Assembly (NCBI GenBank): GCA_038087875.1
Contig: CM075989.1
Span: forward strand, 20,090,001 to 20,154,000
Source: Malacoraja senta
Taxonomy: Eukaryota
Direction: 5' to 3'
DNA: 64,000 bases
Shown in pieces: positions 50,158 through 64,000 of the stretch. The stretch's first letter is position 1. Every line of letters begins with the position of its first letter. A program made the translations under genes and the position numbers. Below the pieces are notes generated by a model, which had not been told where the DNA came from, did no database searches, and saw only the letters and a program-made list of their open reading frames with translations.

Positions 50158-53100
50158 TATGGTATATGGACACACTGATCTGATCTGTATTTATGCCTAC
50201 AATATTCTATTGTGCTGCAGCAAGCAAGAATTTCATTGTCCTATCTGGGACACATGACAATAAACTCTCTTGACTTGACTTGACTTGACTTCTCCCTATG
50301 ACTGTGTGGGTTTCAATGGATGCTTCGATTTCCTGGGTTTTGGATGAATTGGCTGCTTAAATGGCACAGGGTTGATCTGAAAAGGGAGATTTTGTCACGG
50401 GGCTGGGGTGTATTGACAGGTCTGCAAGCGAAAAATGTGGGATTAACATAGCTAGGTATTTGATTTTCAACACGGATGCAGTGAACCAAATGATTCTGTG
50501 CGGGACAACTCTTAAGGTCACAGAAAATGGGAATAATAGCAGTGACTTGAATGTATGTGTTGTCTTTATATTGGAAGAAAAATACTGCATTGGATTATTA
50601 TCAGATGAAAATGGGTGTTGTGGCAAAGAAGGAGTTATTCAGAGTGAGTCAGAACAGACAGAAGGTTTCTGTCTCCACAGATGCTGCCTCACTTGCCAAG
50701 TATCTCCAGCAGTTTCTGGTTTTTTTTTTTTACAGATTATCAGCACCTATAGTTTTCACTATGATATGCTGTGAGCATTATGCAGATTTTTGGTGCTATC
50801 AGCATGGGGTCATGTTGGCAGCACAGGAAGAGACTCTCTTCATGAGGACTTTTTTGCCCATCTGCATTCATCCTATTTGCCTGCATTGGGGTCGTGTCCG
50901 TCCATGCCTTGATTACATAAGTGTTGATCTAAGTACATCGGAAAGGGGATCTAAGCTTTAAACAAGAGAGTGGTTAATGACTGGAAGATGCTGCCTGTTA
51001 GTAATTGGATCTAATTCCACCACTCCTCAGGCAGCAGGATTCAAACTTCCTCTCACCTTAAATGTATGTCCTCTTGTGTTTGGTGCTCTTTCCAAAGGGA
51101 AAAGGGTTTTGATTATTTACCATGCCTATGGCTCTCATATTCTTGTATAGTTCTATCAGATCACCCCACATCCTTCTATCCTCCCTGGGTAAACATGTCC
51201 AATCTCCCTTCATAATTAACGTCATCTAATCCAGCAACATTGTGGTGAATACCCTCTAGGATTCTCCAGTGCAATCATATCCTTCTTAGAGTACGGCAAC
51301 CAGAACTGATTATGATACTCCAAGTGTGGACTGATGTTGTTTTTTAAAGTTGTCTACAGGTTTAATGGATTACCCTTCACAAAGAATTATGGGTAATTGC
51401 ATATCCAACATCAGGCAACTTAATATCTTGAAGGATATTTACCAAAACACAAATGGCCACAGGATCTCAGCAGATTAAACAGCATCTGTGGATGGAATGG
51501 ACAGGCAACATTTTGGGTCGGGGTCTTTTGTTCAGACTGATGGGATTAATGGAGAGAAAGCTGCAAAAAAAAGTGGGATGGGACACAGCCTGACAAGTGA
51601 TAGGTGGACACATGGTGTTGGAGTAACTCAACACGTCAGGCAGCACCTCTGGAGAACGTGGATACGTGACGTTTTGGTCGAGACCTTTCTTCAGACTGGA
51701 TACAGGTGAGTGGGAGGGCTACAATTGGCAGATGGGGAAGTGATAAAAGTTTGTGAAAAGAAGACAAAAGGGTGTTAGATAAGGAGAGGAGAGGAGGAAT
51801 GAAATGCAAATCTAGTGGGATTTGGGTGGAATGGGACAGGGAGAAGGGGAAAGAGGGTATAAAAAGGAAATGGGGGACAGGAATGAGAAATGAGTTTATG
51901 AAGAAGGGGGAAGGACTTCAGACTGAAGAAGGGTCTCGACCTGAAACATCACCCATTCCTTCTCTCCAGAGATGCTGCCTGTCCCGCTGAGTTACTCCAG
52001 CATTTTGTGTCTACCTTTTGTTTTAAACCAGCATCTGCAGCTTTCCTACACATCAGTCTGAAGAAGGGTTTTGGCCCGAAACGTTGCCTATTTCCTTCGC
52101 TCCATAGATGCTGCTGCACCCGCTGAGTTTCTCCAGCACTTTTGTCTGCTTTCCTACACATGATGGTTTGGACTATTGTGACATAGCTTAATCCATTGGA
52201 TCATAGTCAAACTGCACGGAAAATGTCCGTTCAGCCCAACTCGTCCGTGCTGAGTAAGATGCCCCATCGAAACTAATCCCATTTGTGCACTTTTTGCCCA
52301 TATCCCTCTAAACCTTTCCCATCCATGTACCCGTACAAGTGTCTTTTTAGATGCTGTTATAGTATCAACCTCAACTACATCCTCTGGGAGCTCGTTCCAC
52401 AAACCCAACACCCTCTGAGTGGGTCTTTTGTTTGGAATTTCTCAAGTGTTTACTCGTGGTTGTTTTTTGGAAAACTTCATTTTGTGAGGTGCCTGAATGT
52501 GGAATATGTTTTTAATTATTAAGGGTTCTTTTATCTTCCTTTCGTGCAAAGAAGGATTATTGAATCTCCAGCAAAAGCGAAAAAAGAGAAATAAATTTAT
52601 GACATTTGTAATTAAAAACTTCCCTGTCTTTTCATTTTGACCATTGTGTAGTTTGGGGCTTCATCTGGCTGGCTGCTCAAGAAGCATGGCAGGAGCTATC
52701 ATCACACAACTTGATCTATGCTAGTCAATAACCTGTGTATTCTCTACTGTGCGTCTCTGCAGAATGATATTTTCTGCCTTTAAATTACTCTTTATTACAT
52801 TCTGCTCTGGGTATATGTTATCTGTTATTAATTTACATTACGATTTTAAGCTGTGTGGTCCACTAAATAGGCTTGGCTGCTCTACAAGCTAGCTAGCCTC
52901 GATCCAGTTGGAAGAAAGTTAGTTTAGTGGGCTACTACTAGGTGCAGTGATTCAAACAGTTTGTTGAACCAACTTTGCACGACAGGATGTGAAACAGAGC
53001 TGGGATCGTTTTTGATTTATGGTGTATGTGTTTTCCCTGTTTAAAATTACTCCTTCGTGTCACGGATCCCTTGCTTGTTGTGGCAGATTTTACAATGTAT

Positions 53101-54655
53101 TCCAGCAGTGCATGTTGGATAAAAATTGTGAACTTAGTCATGAATCCCGAAATGAGAAAGCCACATCTGGATTTGATTGATGATACAGCCAAGTCTAACA
53201 ATCAATATGAACTTAAGACTTTCATTTCTTGTAACCATGAATTTCTCATGTAACGGTTTTGATGTTATAAAGAACATTATATTTTGTTCTTGCTCCTTTT
53301 GGCGATCTACATTAATGGATTCCATAATAATTACAGATATAAGTAAGAAATCATTGCAACATAACCTAACACAGGTTTCTCACCTGTGTTTCTCCTGCAT
53401 TGTTTTGTAATGTTTTTCTGATTCATATAATAACATTGCAAAAACTATAGTTTGGGATGATATATATCAGTAAATGGAAATGTTTCAAGTGTATACCTTA
53501 AATTAGAATTTTAAATAATTTTTCATTCGATTGTTTGCAAAAATAGATGACAGAAATCTTTTAAAACTTTGCAAAAAAACATTTTTTATGTCACAAAGTA
53601 AAATATTACATAAAATGGCAACTTTTTTCAATTCCTGTCTTATGATATTTGCCTGTTTCAGGGTTTTTCAATCTTATCTTAACTTTCATGCAGACACAAG
53701 AACTGTAGATTCTGTATTCCAGCTATTAATTAAGCAAACATATGACATTTCAATGAGCTCATTTGAAGCTGCAGCGCAACATCAAAGCATTTCAGCACAT
53801 TATCTTTTCCAATCCACCGAGTTCAGTTGCACTATACAGTATAATTATACTATGGGAAGGATGTGATTGCCCTGGAGAGGGTGCAGAGGAGATTCACCAG
53901 AATGTTGCCTGGATTGAAGCAATTGGCTTCTCAGAAATGATGGCCCAAATTTGTTTCAGTGGAGAACAGCCTTTGTAAACTGGTGATGCCATGCTGATTT
54001 GATTGCTCTAGTGCAATGCTTTGTGCACAGCATGACCGTTACAAACTTCCTGGAATGATGTGGGTTGGTAGGACAGGCAGAGAGGGTAGAGGAGTGTGTG
54101 GTTGTTGGAGGAGATTCCATAAACAAAAATCCCCCAGTTCAATATTCCAGCATCTGCAGTCTTTTGTGTCTCTCTGAATAATAACTCACTCTGGTGCACT
54201 GTTACCCAAAACAAATCATGCTAGACTATTGAATATCTCCTTATTGTCAATAATACTTACATTGTCTGTAATGAGGCCATTAATCCCTCTTTATACCACA
54301 GGGCACATGCAATGTTTTATGATAAATTATGCCCTAATCCTTGCGGTCAACCATTTCAAGATACTATTCTCATTACCTTATATTGATTGTCCAATAATTC
54401 AATTTGTATCAACTTCATTCTGTTTTTAAGGACTCTGGCTTCAGTGTTGTTTTGAAAGTGATTGTACACTTCAGAGAACATAGTAAAATTACATAGTGTG
54501 AACAAGAATCACATATAGGTGATTTCCCAACCCTGTTCTTTTATAAAAAATCTGGCAACTTTCGTGATAATCTTTTTTGATATTTGTCTTAAAATTGAAC
54601 ATTTTTAGCAAGAACAGAAGTTGAACTCACTGGGTTGTAGTTCCTTGGGCACCTA

Positions 54656-54858
54656 GTGTTTAAGAAGGAACTGCAGATGCTGGAAAATCCCAGGTACACA
54701 AAAATGCTGGAGAAACTCAGCGGGTGCAGCAGCATCTATGGAGCAAAGGAAATAGGCAACGTTTCGGGTCTGAAGAAGGGTTTCGGCCCGAAACGTTGCC
54801 TATTTCCTTCGCTCCATAGATGCTGCTGCACCCGCTGAGTTTCTCCAGCATTTTTGTG
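54656..54858. mobile_element. Palindromic Penelope-terminus-derived short insertion (representative of a high-copy family)
   Basis: Two inverted copies of the 49970-50067 terminus; 14-bp TSD TCCTTGGGCACCTA (54642-54655 / 54859-54872). Confidence 0.85.
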
Positions 54859-57244
54859 TCCTTGGGCACCTAAATGTCCTTTTTAAAAGAATGTGTGGGA
54901 AGGAACTGCAGATGCTGGTTTACTCCGAAGATAGAAACAAAATGTTGGAGTAACTCAGTGGGTAAGGCAAGATCTCTGGAGAAAAAGAATAGGTGACGTT
55001 TCGGGTCGAGACCCTTCTTCAGACTGAGAGTGATAGGAGAGGGAAACTAGAAGCATGAAAAGGTACAAAGAACAAAGAAATGAATGGTATGAAAAGAACA
55101 AGTCAAGGCCAGCAAGGATGACCCAGGAAAGATGGAGCCCACAATGGTCCATTGTTGGCTGTGAAAAAGGTGATAACGAGGGGGTATTAAAAACGTTTAA
55201 AAAATCTTTTGCTCTTAACTATTTGCAATTCTCCACAATTTACATGATGTGTCAATATCTAGTATTTCTCTGCTTTGCTCCATCAACCTTCAATATTTTA
55301 TACAACATTATTACTTTACCTGCCCTGATTTTTTTTAATTACCTTCACTGCAAAGATAGTGATCTGCCCAATTCTCTAAGGTGTGTTCCATTAGTTGTTC
55401 TGACCAAGAAACCCGAAACCTTCCATTCTGTGCCATGATAATGTTATTAATATGCTCTACTATTACTTACATAGAACATGGCATCAACATTACGCCCAAG
55501 ATCCTGTACTTAAGGTTACATCTTCTGTAGAATCTAGAGTACAGATCTCAACTGTATAATTCACCCAACTCTCTCCCAGCCCACTACCCACCCCAAACTT
55601 TTGCAGGGCATCAATTTTAGGAAAACAATTTTTGGGGGAGATAAAATCAATGCATCTTTTCACAAAGTGCTGCTTTCTGTCCACATAACTAAGAGTTGCT
55701 CACTTTGAAAGCGGCTCACAGTATGGGCAATCTTACTCCCCAATATGGGCAAATGTACTTCCCAGATTATAAATTCTTAAAGGCTTGCATAGCAGAGCTT
55801 GAAACCAATCTGCAGTGTATGGATGTTAATAAAATAGATAAGTTTCAAAGGCCTTCAATGTATAAAAGCAGGAGAATAATGCAAACCTACGGTGTGGGAG
55901 AGACAGGCCAGCAACAGGAATAATGAGACAAACCTGGCAGTAGGTTTATAACTTGTAAGTAACCTGCATGTTACTTATTTTGGTGTCACTGTTTCTGATG
56001 TTAACCACAACGAGGTGTCTCCTTCCCTTTTTGAGAAAATATCCACCCATTCACTCTGGCCTCACCCAGATATATGAAGACAGCACGCTATTTGTGATGA
56101 AACAGACTAACCACATTTTAATTATGAAACTCTCCCACATCAACCACACACCATTCTCGGAACTGGAGGAAGCTAAATTCAAGAGTAAAGTGAGGATCGC
56201 GATGCATAATGAACCCACGCCCGTTACATTATTGCACACAGTTTGCAAACTTTATGCATTCAGTTCATTCATTTGATTTTTCAGTGCAGCCACTGGTATT
56301 TTCAATGGCAGCCTGTCTCAGTGGGGACTGATTTAATGAGTGGCAAATGTTGCCTAAAGAAAACTCCCAGTGCTTAGAGCTAGCCTAAACATCGTAAACG
56401 TGCATTCTACTTGCATGAAGTGTTTTGAGCTTCTCAAAAGTTAATTTGGGCTGCAATTCTTTGATCATAGGCAAAACAGGAGTCGTGTGTAGATAATCTG
56501 TCATGCCTGAGCTTTTGGAACCATGTGGCAGATTCTGTAGTCAATTATTTTGATGATTTTTTGAAAAATAAATAGATATTTCACCCACAGCAAATATTAG
56601 ATTCATTAACCTCTGGTTTAATGGTGCATCGTAAGTGCCCTTTTTTTAAAAGTGTGAGAGTGAAGTAAATCACAGCATCCTCAGGACTTCAGAGATGCCG
56701 GTGTGGCAGGTTTTCCTGACTATTATTGATAGAATTGAAAGATACAGCATGGACACGGGCCCTTCGGCCCACTGAGTCACACTGACAAGCGATCACTCAT
56801 TCACGTGTAGGAAAGGACTGCAGATGCTGATTTAAATCAAAGGTTCATACAAAATTCTGGAGTAACTCAGCGGGACCGGCAGCATCTCTGGAGAGAAGGA
56901 ATGGGTAACGTTTCGGGTTCGAGTCCCTTCTTCAGATCTCTCATTCACACTAGTTCCAGGTGATCTAATTTTCACATCCACTCCCTATTTGCAGAGGCCA
57001 ATTAAACTATTAATCTGCACGTCTTTGGGATATAGGAGGAAAACAGAGCAACAGGAGGAAATCTACTCCATAAGAGGGAGAACATGCAAACTCCACTCAG
57101 ACAGCACCCAAGATCATGATTGAACCTGGGTCTCTGGCTCTGTGAGGCAGCTACTCTACCAGCTGTGCCACTGTGATGTTATTAACAGCCTAAAAGATTT
57201 TTATTTGACAAAACGTGTTACACAGTAATATAGTATTTGTAAGC

Positions 57245-58212
57245 CAAGTCAAGTCACATTTATTTATATAGCACATTTAAAAAACAACTCTCGTTGTCCA
57301 AAGTGCTTTACATTTATTATAAGAATAGTATAAACAAACAAACTACATACATATATACATATAGCCCTCGCTCAGAGGAAGTCAAGAAAGGCATGGGAGT
57401 ATAGATAAGTTTTTAGTCTTGACTTAAAGGAGTCGATGGAGGGGGCAGTTCTGATGGGAAGGAGGATTCTGTTCCACAGTCTAGGAGCTGCAACCGCAAT
57501 GGCGCGGTCGCCTCTGAGCTTATGCCTAGACCGCGGGATATTCAGCAACCCCAAGTCGGCCGATCTGAGGGACCTGGAGGTGGAGTGGTGGGTAAGAAGA
57601 CTTTTGATGTAGGTGGGGGCAAGCCCATTGAGGGCTTTGTAGACATAGAGCAGGATCTTGAAATGTATACGGAACCGCACAGGGAGCCAGTGGAGAGAGG
57701 CCAGGATCGGGGTGATGTGGTCCCTTTTTCGGGTGCCCGTCAGGAGTCTCGCTGCGGCGTTTTGGACCAGTTGCAGGCGGGACAGGGAAGATTGGCTGAT
57801 GCCAGTGTAAAGGGAGTTGCAGTAATCTAGGCGGGAGGAGATAAATGTGTGGATGATCTTTTCGAGGTCATCAAAGTGGAGGAATTGTTTTATTTTAGCT
57901 ATCGTCCGAAGCTGAAAGAAGCTAGCTTTTACCACGGCATTGACTTGTTTGTCAAATTTCAGTGCTGAGTCAAATATCACGCCATGGTTTTTGACGTGAG
58001 GTTTGAGTAGTGGGGTAAGGCTTCCAAGGCTGCCTGCTATCATTTTGATTGAGTCCGAGGGGCCGAGAAGGATGACCTCAGACTTACTCTCATTTAGTTA
58101 GAGGAAGTTCTGGGCCATCCAACATTTTATATCCTCGAGGCAGTGGCAGTGGAGTTAAGCAGATTTGATTGTTTTTTGGGCTTCAGGGGGAGATAGAGTT
58201 GTGTATCGTTGT
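57245..58212 (-). mobile_element. L2 LINE 3' portion
   Basis: Decayed DTQLY motif; ORF 57372-58043 with SRLDYCNSL, LQLVQNAAARLL, HITPILASLHWLPV, RLWN; (GACTT)n tail. Confidence 0.92.
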
Positions 58213-61200
58213 AAGTATAAGAATACACTAAATGTTCTGTATATAATAACCTTATGTGGGCAGCTTGATATTGTAATGCACTAAATCTTTGTAAATCATG
58301 AGAGATAGGGGCATGGACACTGTCGATAACACAAAAGGAACCCACTGAAGCTGCTGGAAATTCTTTCTTTCCCCTGACTATCGAAATAACAACTTAGGTT
58401 GGCTCCGTTTAAAAAAAATTGTCCCTAGTGTAAAGGGTAGTGCTAGTGTGCGGGGATTGCTGGTCGGCGTGGACTCGATGGGCCAAAATGCCTGTTACCG
58501 CTAAACTAAACTATCTCTAAACTAAACTATATCTGGAGTGAATGCAACTCTATACGGCTCGTCCTAATAACAACAACTGTAGATAACAGTCTCAAGATTT
58601 GTTTTTGATCTTTTTACTCTTTATAATCAGCACTGCTGCAAGCTCACATCTACACCTGACAGCTTTCTTTTGTAAGAAGGAACTGTAGATGCTGGTTTAT
58701 ACTGAAAATAGACAAAATGCTGGAGTAACTTAAAGGTCAGGCAGCATCTCTGGAGAAAATGAGTAGATGATGTTTCAGTCTTGGCCCAAAACGTTACCTA
58801 TTCCTTTTCTCCAGAGATGGTATCTGACCTGCTGAGTTACTCAAGCATTTTGTGTCTAGATTTCTCTCTTGCGTGATAGCTAGATCACCAAGGTATATTG
58901 CACGACACTCACTGATATCGCCAGCAATTCTAGCCACATTGCACCAGACCTGAGCTCTGATAAAAGACATATGATTGGAAATATAAGCTCTGTCCCTTTC
59001 TCCACTAAGGCTGCCTAATCTGTTGAATACTTCCACTATTTTTTTGTTTGTCATTCTTTTTATGAGGTGCAGGCTGATATTAATCAGTGTTAGTTAACTT
59101 GCATTTGTGCTAGCCACTCAGTTTATAGGTTCCATAAGGCACACAACAGTGCTGGTTGTGTTGGCTAGATAATGAGTATGCACAATGAATTTGATGCAAA
59201 TCCTGCACTAATTTAATAGTGCATGGATTAATCATGTTGCAATTCCAGTGAATGTTTTCCATTGCTATTCGGTTTATCCCTGAGAATTTTTTATTCTGTT
59301 CCCTTCTCTTTTTAGCAGTTGATAGATGTGATAGGACAGGTTTAGAGCGATATGGGCCAAATGCAGGCAGGTGGGACTAGTGTAGATGGGACATGTTGGT
59401 CAGTGTGGGTAAATTGGGTTGAAGGGTCTGTTTCCACACTGTATGACTCTATGAGTGGTTTAGTTTTTTTTTAGTTTAGAGATACAGCGCGGAAACAGGC
59501 CCTTCGGCCCACCTTGTCCGCACCGACCAGCTATCCCTGCACATTGACGCTATCCTACACACGCTACAATTATACCAAGCCAATTAATTTACAAACCTGT
59601 ACGTCTTTGGAGTGTGGGAGGTAAACCAAAGATCTTGGAGAAAACCCACACGGTCATGTGGAGAACGTACAAACTCCGTTCTGACAGCACCCATAGTCGG
59701 GATCGAACCAGTGTCTCCGGCACTGCAAGTGCTGTAAGGCAGCAGCTCTACCGCCGCACCACCATGCCCCCCTAGTTCATTTCTCTTCTGCTCTGAAATG
59801 TGAGGTGTTGATCTTCAGTCAGGGTGGCACAGTGAAGCAATAGGTAGCAGTGCTGCTGCCTCATAGCTTCTGTGTACCGGGCTCAGTCGTTACATCAGGT
59901 GCTGTCTGTGAGTTTTTCATGCTCTCCCATGTTCTCTGGTTTCTTCCCTCATCCCCCAAAAGTGCAGGTGGGTATATTAAAAATGCCTCTGGTGTAGGTA
60001 GGAGAGAAGAGATCAATGGATGAAGAGGAGTCCATGGTTATGTGAAGGAAAATAGGTCACGTAAATCAAGAGTCAAGAGTGTTTAATTGTCATACGTACT
60101 GACAACAAAATAATGAAATTCTTACTTGCAGCGAAATATAACAAATCTATAAATGCAATTCCCACGTATAATATATAATAAACAAAAACGATGAATAAAT
60201 TAATAACTACCATACAATTTAAAAAAAAACATAGTCCTCAGTGCAACCAAAGATTGTCCATAGAAGTTCATTGTTGAGTTTTGTTTTAGAGCCTGTTGGT
60301 TGTTGGGAAGGAGCTATTCTTGCACCTGGTGGTCATGGATTTCAGACTCCAATACCTTCTTCCTGATGGTAGGAGCGAAATGAGAGTTTGGCCCTGCTGA
60401 TGTGGATCTTTGACGATATTCGCTATCGTTTGGAGGCAACGACTCCGAAAGATTTCTTTGATGAGGGGCCAGGGGGAGGGGAGGGGTGGGGTGGGGGCGG
60501 AAGGTCAGTATCTGTGATGGACCTGGCAGTGTCTACCACTCTCTGTCATCTCCTTTGTTCCTGGCCGTTCGAGTTGCGGACCCAGGTTATGATTCAACCA
60601 GTCAGTATGCTCTCTACCGTGCACATTCAAGAGGGTATTACTTCAGTTAAAAGATGGGAATTGATTGGGATTATTAAAATCCACTATAAAGGGGCCAAAT
60701 GGTCTCTCCTTATATAGGAGGAGAATATATGAAATTTTACAAAAAGCTTTCCACCTGATTTATGATGTAGAAGGTAGACAGCAGTTCCTTCAATGTTATT
60801 GGTGTTTTGCTAGCTTCTCCTTACACGGAGGAAGAGGTCAGGGTTATATAGAAGTCAGAAGATGGGGTAGAAGTCTTATCTATAGCAACAACTATGAAGG
60901 GAATATAACTCCATGGAAGAGAAATATGGATGTTGCAAATCTCTCTCCTGGCACCACACAGATAAAAATATGTATTTTTCATTGGTGTCCTCAGGAGACT
61001 TCTTTAAGAGTGCCTAATAAGATGACTGCAAACAAGAACACCTATTGCTGGTGCAAGCTGAACAAAGTTTTAGTTGGCTCCACAACCAGTGTGATGATCA
61101 CACCTGGAGGTAACTTTTCAAATTTGCCAGTTGACACACTTCCAGTGGGAACTGAAGGGGCAAGATCACTTGAAGTTTACCTCCAACCCCAGTCATTTGT

Positions 61201-64000
61201 CCCCAAAATACAAAGGGAGTAAGGTTAAATTTCTCCACCAATGCCATTTATCCAACTAGTATTTACAATGTTGTTGGAATTCAAATTATTCACATCCCCT
61301 TCTCAACATGATACATCCACCCTTAATACAAACTTAGTCTGTAACCGATCACATACCTAGTTGACTACATCTCCAAACATTCTCGTGGAAAATCATATCA
61401 GAGCTCTACAACAGAGGCATCATGCTACACTGCTGACAGTCACCTCAGGGCAGGGTTTAGGAAAGTATTAAACCCTATGCCTTGTTAGGTTTAACATTTG
61501 ACTTTGATGTGTGTGTCCACTGCAGTTCTTTTCCAGTAAAGCACAAAGCATTTTGTTTTTAAAAGGCCAATAACATTTAATTTTTTTAAATTTGGTTTTG
61601 TTTCCTTTTGAATTGTTATTTCTCAGATCAAGTATAAAATATCTCAGGCCACTTCACCCAGTTCAGCTTACCCTTTCATTCTTGAATTTCCATCCTCATT
61701 GGCTGGGGTTAAATTGGGTAACTCCTGAACACAAACAGGAATATCATGATACAAATTTAACCCGTGTCGTTTCTGTCCAATGCAGGCAGCAAGCCAACTT
61801 TGTGTCAACCTGCTCAGTGTAATTATTTCCAGTCTGCAGCCTGAACGAATGCCCTGTTAATTGGTGGCAGCCATCAGCAGCAGAACCAATTTTGTTACTA
61901 CTGACTGCTAACTTGCACCATTTAAAACTAACCCGCATTACTTAAAGCAGAATGCGCTGTGGCTGTTCGACAATTGGATCGACCCTATGTAAGAATGGTG
62001 GTTAATGGTCATGGGAGAGCCCGGGTGTCCAGTAAACATCTTTACGGAGGAATTTGAATACTCTGGTATCCACTTTGGTGCGGTTAAGTGTGGGAAGCAG
62101 TAAATGGCAAGGGCTTCTCCAAAACATAATGAGAAGACAATAAGTGGAACTCAATCCTAGAAGATAGACACAACATGCTAGAGTAACTCAGCAGGACAGG
62201 CAGCATCCCTGGAGAGAAGAAATGGGTGACATTTCGGGTAGAGACCCTTCTTCACACTTTACCCCTCCATATCTCTAGACTCCCTTTCCCCTGACTCTCA
62301 GTCTGAAGAAGGGTCTCGACCCAAAACATCACCCATTCCTTCTCTCCAGAGATGCTGCCTGTCCCGCTGAGTTACTCCAGCATTTTGTGTTCTAAATCCT
62401 AGAAAATTTAGCCCAAATCTAGGCACAATGCTGCAGGAAGATTAATGATCTCTTTCTTGCTTGTGGGCAAGGTCATTAAATACATGTTCAAATGCTGTAT
62501 CTTACCGACTGCATTACGGGCCTCGGATATTGCCTAATTCACCACATCCTTACTTTCCATCTACCAAAATCTCTATCAACCAGAGTTCAAGTGCAACATA
62601 AATTTCATATGCTTCATATTGCCCTCAGAAACAAAATGGTTGAAACAAAAATACTCATGCCAATGTTTCACTGACAACTATCAGTCACGACAAATACATT
62701 ATTAAAATATTGTGAAAACAAATGCTGACTTCTGACTACTATTGTAATATATTTGAATTTCTTTCCACAAAACGTATCGGTGACTGTTCAATTGTGAGTC
62801 TAATGAAAAATATGAACATGTAAACAGATAAAGATCACATAACCCATCAAGCCTGTCCCATCCAGACATGGTGTGCACATTGTGCACCATCTCAATGCTC
62901 TTAAATCATTGAGAGATGCCGGGGTCAAGGAAAGAGCGTTCACGTTGCGGCCCTGTTTCCACCAATCTTTCCAACACCACGCACAAGAAGCGCAAGACAG
63001 ACTCCATTGTGCAGATGCCGAGAAGTGTGTTCAGCTCTGGCTGAACAACTTCTAATCTTGTATGTGGACTCGATAAGAAGAAGATTGAGAGAAGCAAAAA
63101 TAAAAGAGAAAATTATTTTGATCATTTCAAAAAAAACCTCAAGAAATATTTATCTTCAGTTGAATGTTTTAACTCCTACTGTATTACATTTAGAAATCCC
63201 CTTGACTCTCAGGGACTGTTTGCAGTCCTTTTTTTTAAAAAGATTGCAGTGAATCCTTACAAAAATATTTTCTTCAGGTATGAAATCATACCGTTTCTTT
63301 CAAACTGATAAGTGTTTTGCCTTTTTTGCATCTTGCATAGACAATGAATTAATATAAAGCTTAGAAATTATTATCTGTACAGTTTGCCTGTAATTTTCCA
63401 ACACTTTTGAAAAGGCAAATGATTCATTTAATAAATAAGTTTCTGTTCCATTCGAGAATGATGTTTTAGGTACAGAATTAATTAATGGCAAAAAATGACA
63501 TTTTTGATAAAAATTAAGAGGATGTGTGCATCATACGAGTTCCAATTCTATTGCACCTCGAAATCCTGCTAAAAATTGGAGTTACAAGAAACTGCGGACG
63601 CTGGAATCTTGAGCAGGTGCACATGGAAACTATCTGTTTCAACATCCTGCCAAAGTAAACAGTAAGTGCTGGGGTAACTCATTGTGTCAGGCAGCATCTC
63701 TGACGACATGGATAGGCCTCCAGAGATGCCCTCCTGAGATTCCAATCAATGTCCCCCTGAGATGCTGCCTGACCTGTTGAGTTACTCAAAGACTTTGTGT
63801 TTTGCTCAAGATTTCAGCGTCTGTAGTTCTTTGTTTCCCTAAAGTAAACACTAGTTGGGTTTCAATACATATCACCCTTATTCATCAATATTGGATCAAA
63901 TTTGTAAAAAATGCCTTCCCAACAACCTTGTTGGAGTTTTTCTCTTTAATGTCTGTAGACTCTGCACTACTCTCAGGATCAGTTGGATGAACTGTAAAGA

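Larger units (their letters stand above)
49205..50291 (+). mobile_element. Rex1/Babar 3' fragment split by a Penelope insertion; includes (TA)n at ~50114-50155 and a (GACTT)n tail
   Basis: [10 protein letters not shown]...LPSGRRYRS matches the 3' end of the 39.7-41.0 kb copy; sequence resumes at 50068. Confidence 0.85.

Noticed and set aside
60665..61222. 185-aa plus-strand ORF
   Set aside because: TTG start, no recognisable motifs, no resemblance to the expected FAM227B C-terminal exons; a protein search would settle it.
63480..63530. Minus-strand HFLP resembling an FGF C-terminal motif
   Set aside because: An in-frame stop lies about 11 codons upstream and the flanking residues do not resemble FGF7.

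Overview
Vertebrate genomic DNA, most likely from a cartilaginous fish (skate/ray-like). This is inferred from the repeat complement: HE1/V-type SINEs, CR1, Rex-Babar and Penelope-derived short elements. Two genes sit head-to-head around a CpG-rich promoter at about 13.4-13.9 kb. DTWD1 (tRNA aminocarboxypropyltransferase) is complete on the minus strand, with four coding exons (12346 to 8107, 327 aa) and a possible upstream exon. FAM227B is on the plus strand, with nine coding exons traced from 17376 to 38311; it continues beyond the window through a large intron, which hosts FGF7 in mammals. Most of the rest is transposon debris. The strongest observations are: (1) roughly 30 short Penelope-terminus-derived insertions carrying a minimal hammerhead-like motif, often in inverted pairs with clean target-site duplications (TSDs), plus a GIY-YIG-coding parent fragment at 49.4-50.1 kb; (2) a fold-back ISL2EU-like DNA transposon made of two inverted THAP-domain arms; (3) a non-autonomous Helitron; (4) a Hero-type restriction-like-endonuclease retrotransposon fragment; (5) a possible in-frame upstream start for DTWD1 that depends on splice-acceptor choice. 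All calls were made by eye with no searches, and repeat boundaries are approximate unless a TSD or terminal inverted repeat (TIR) is quoted.
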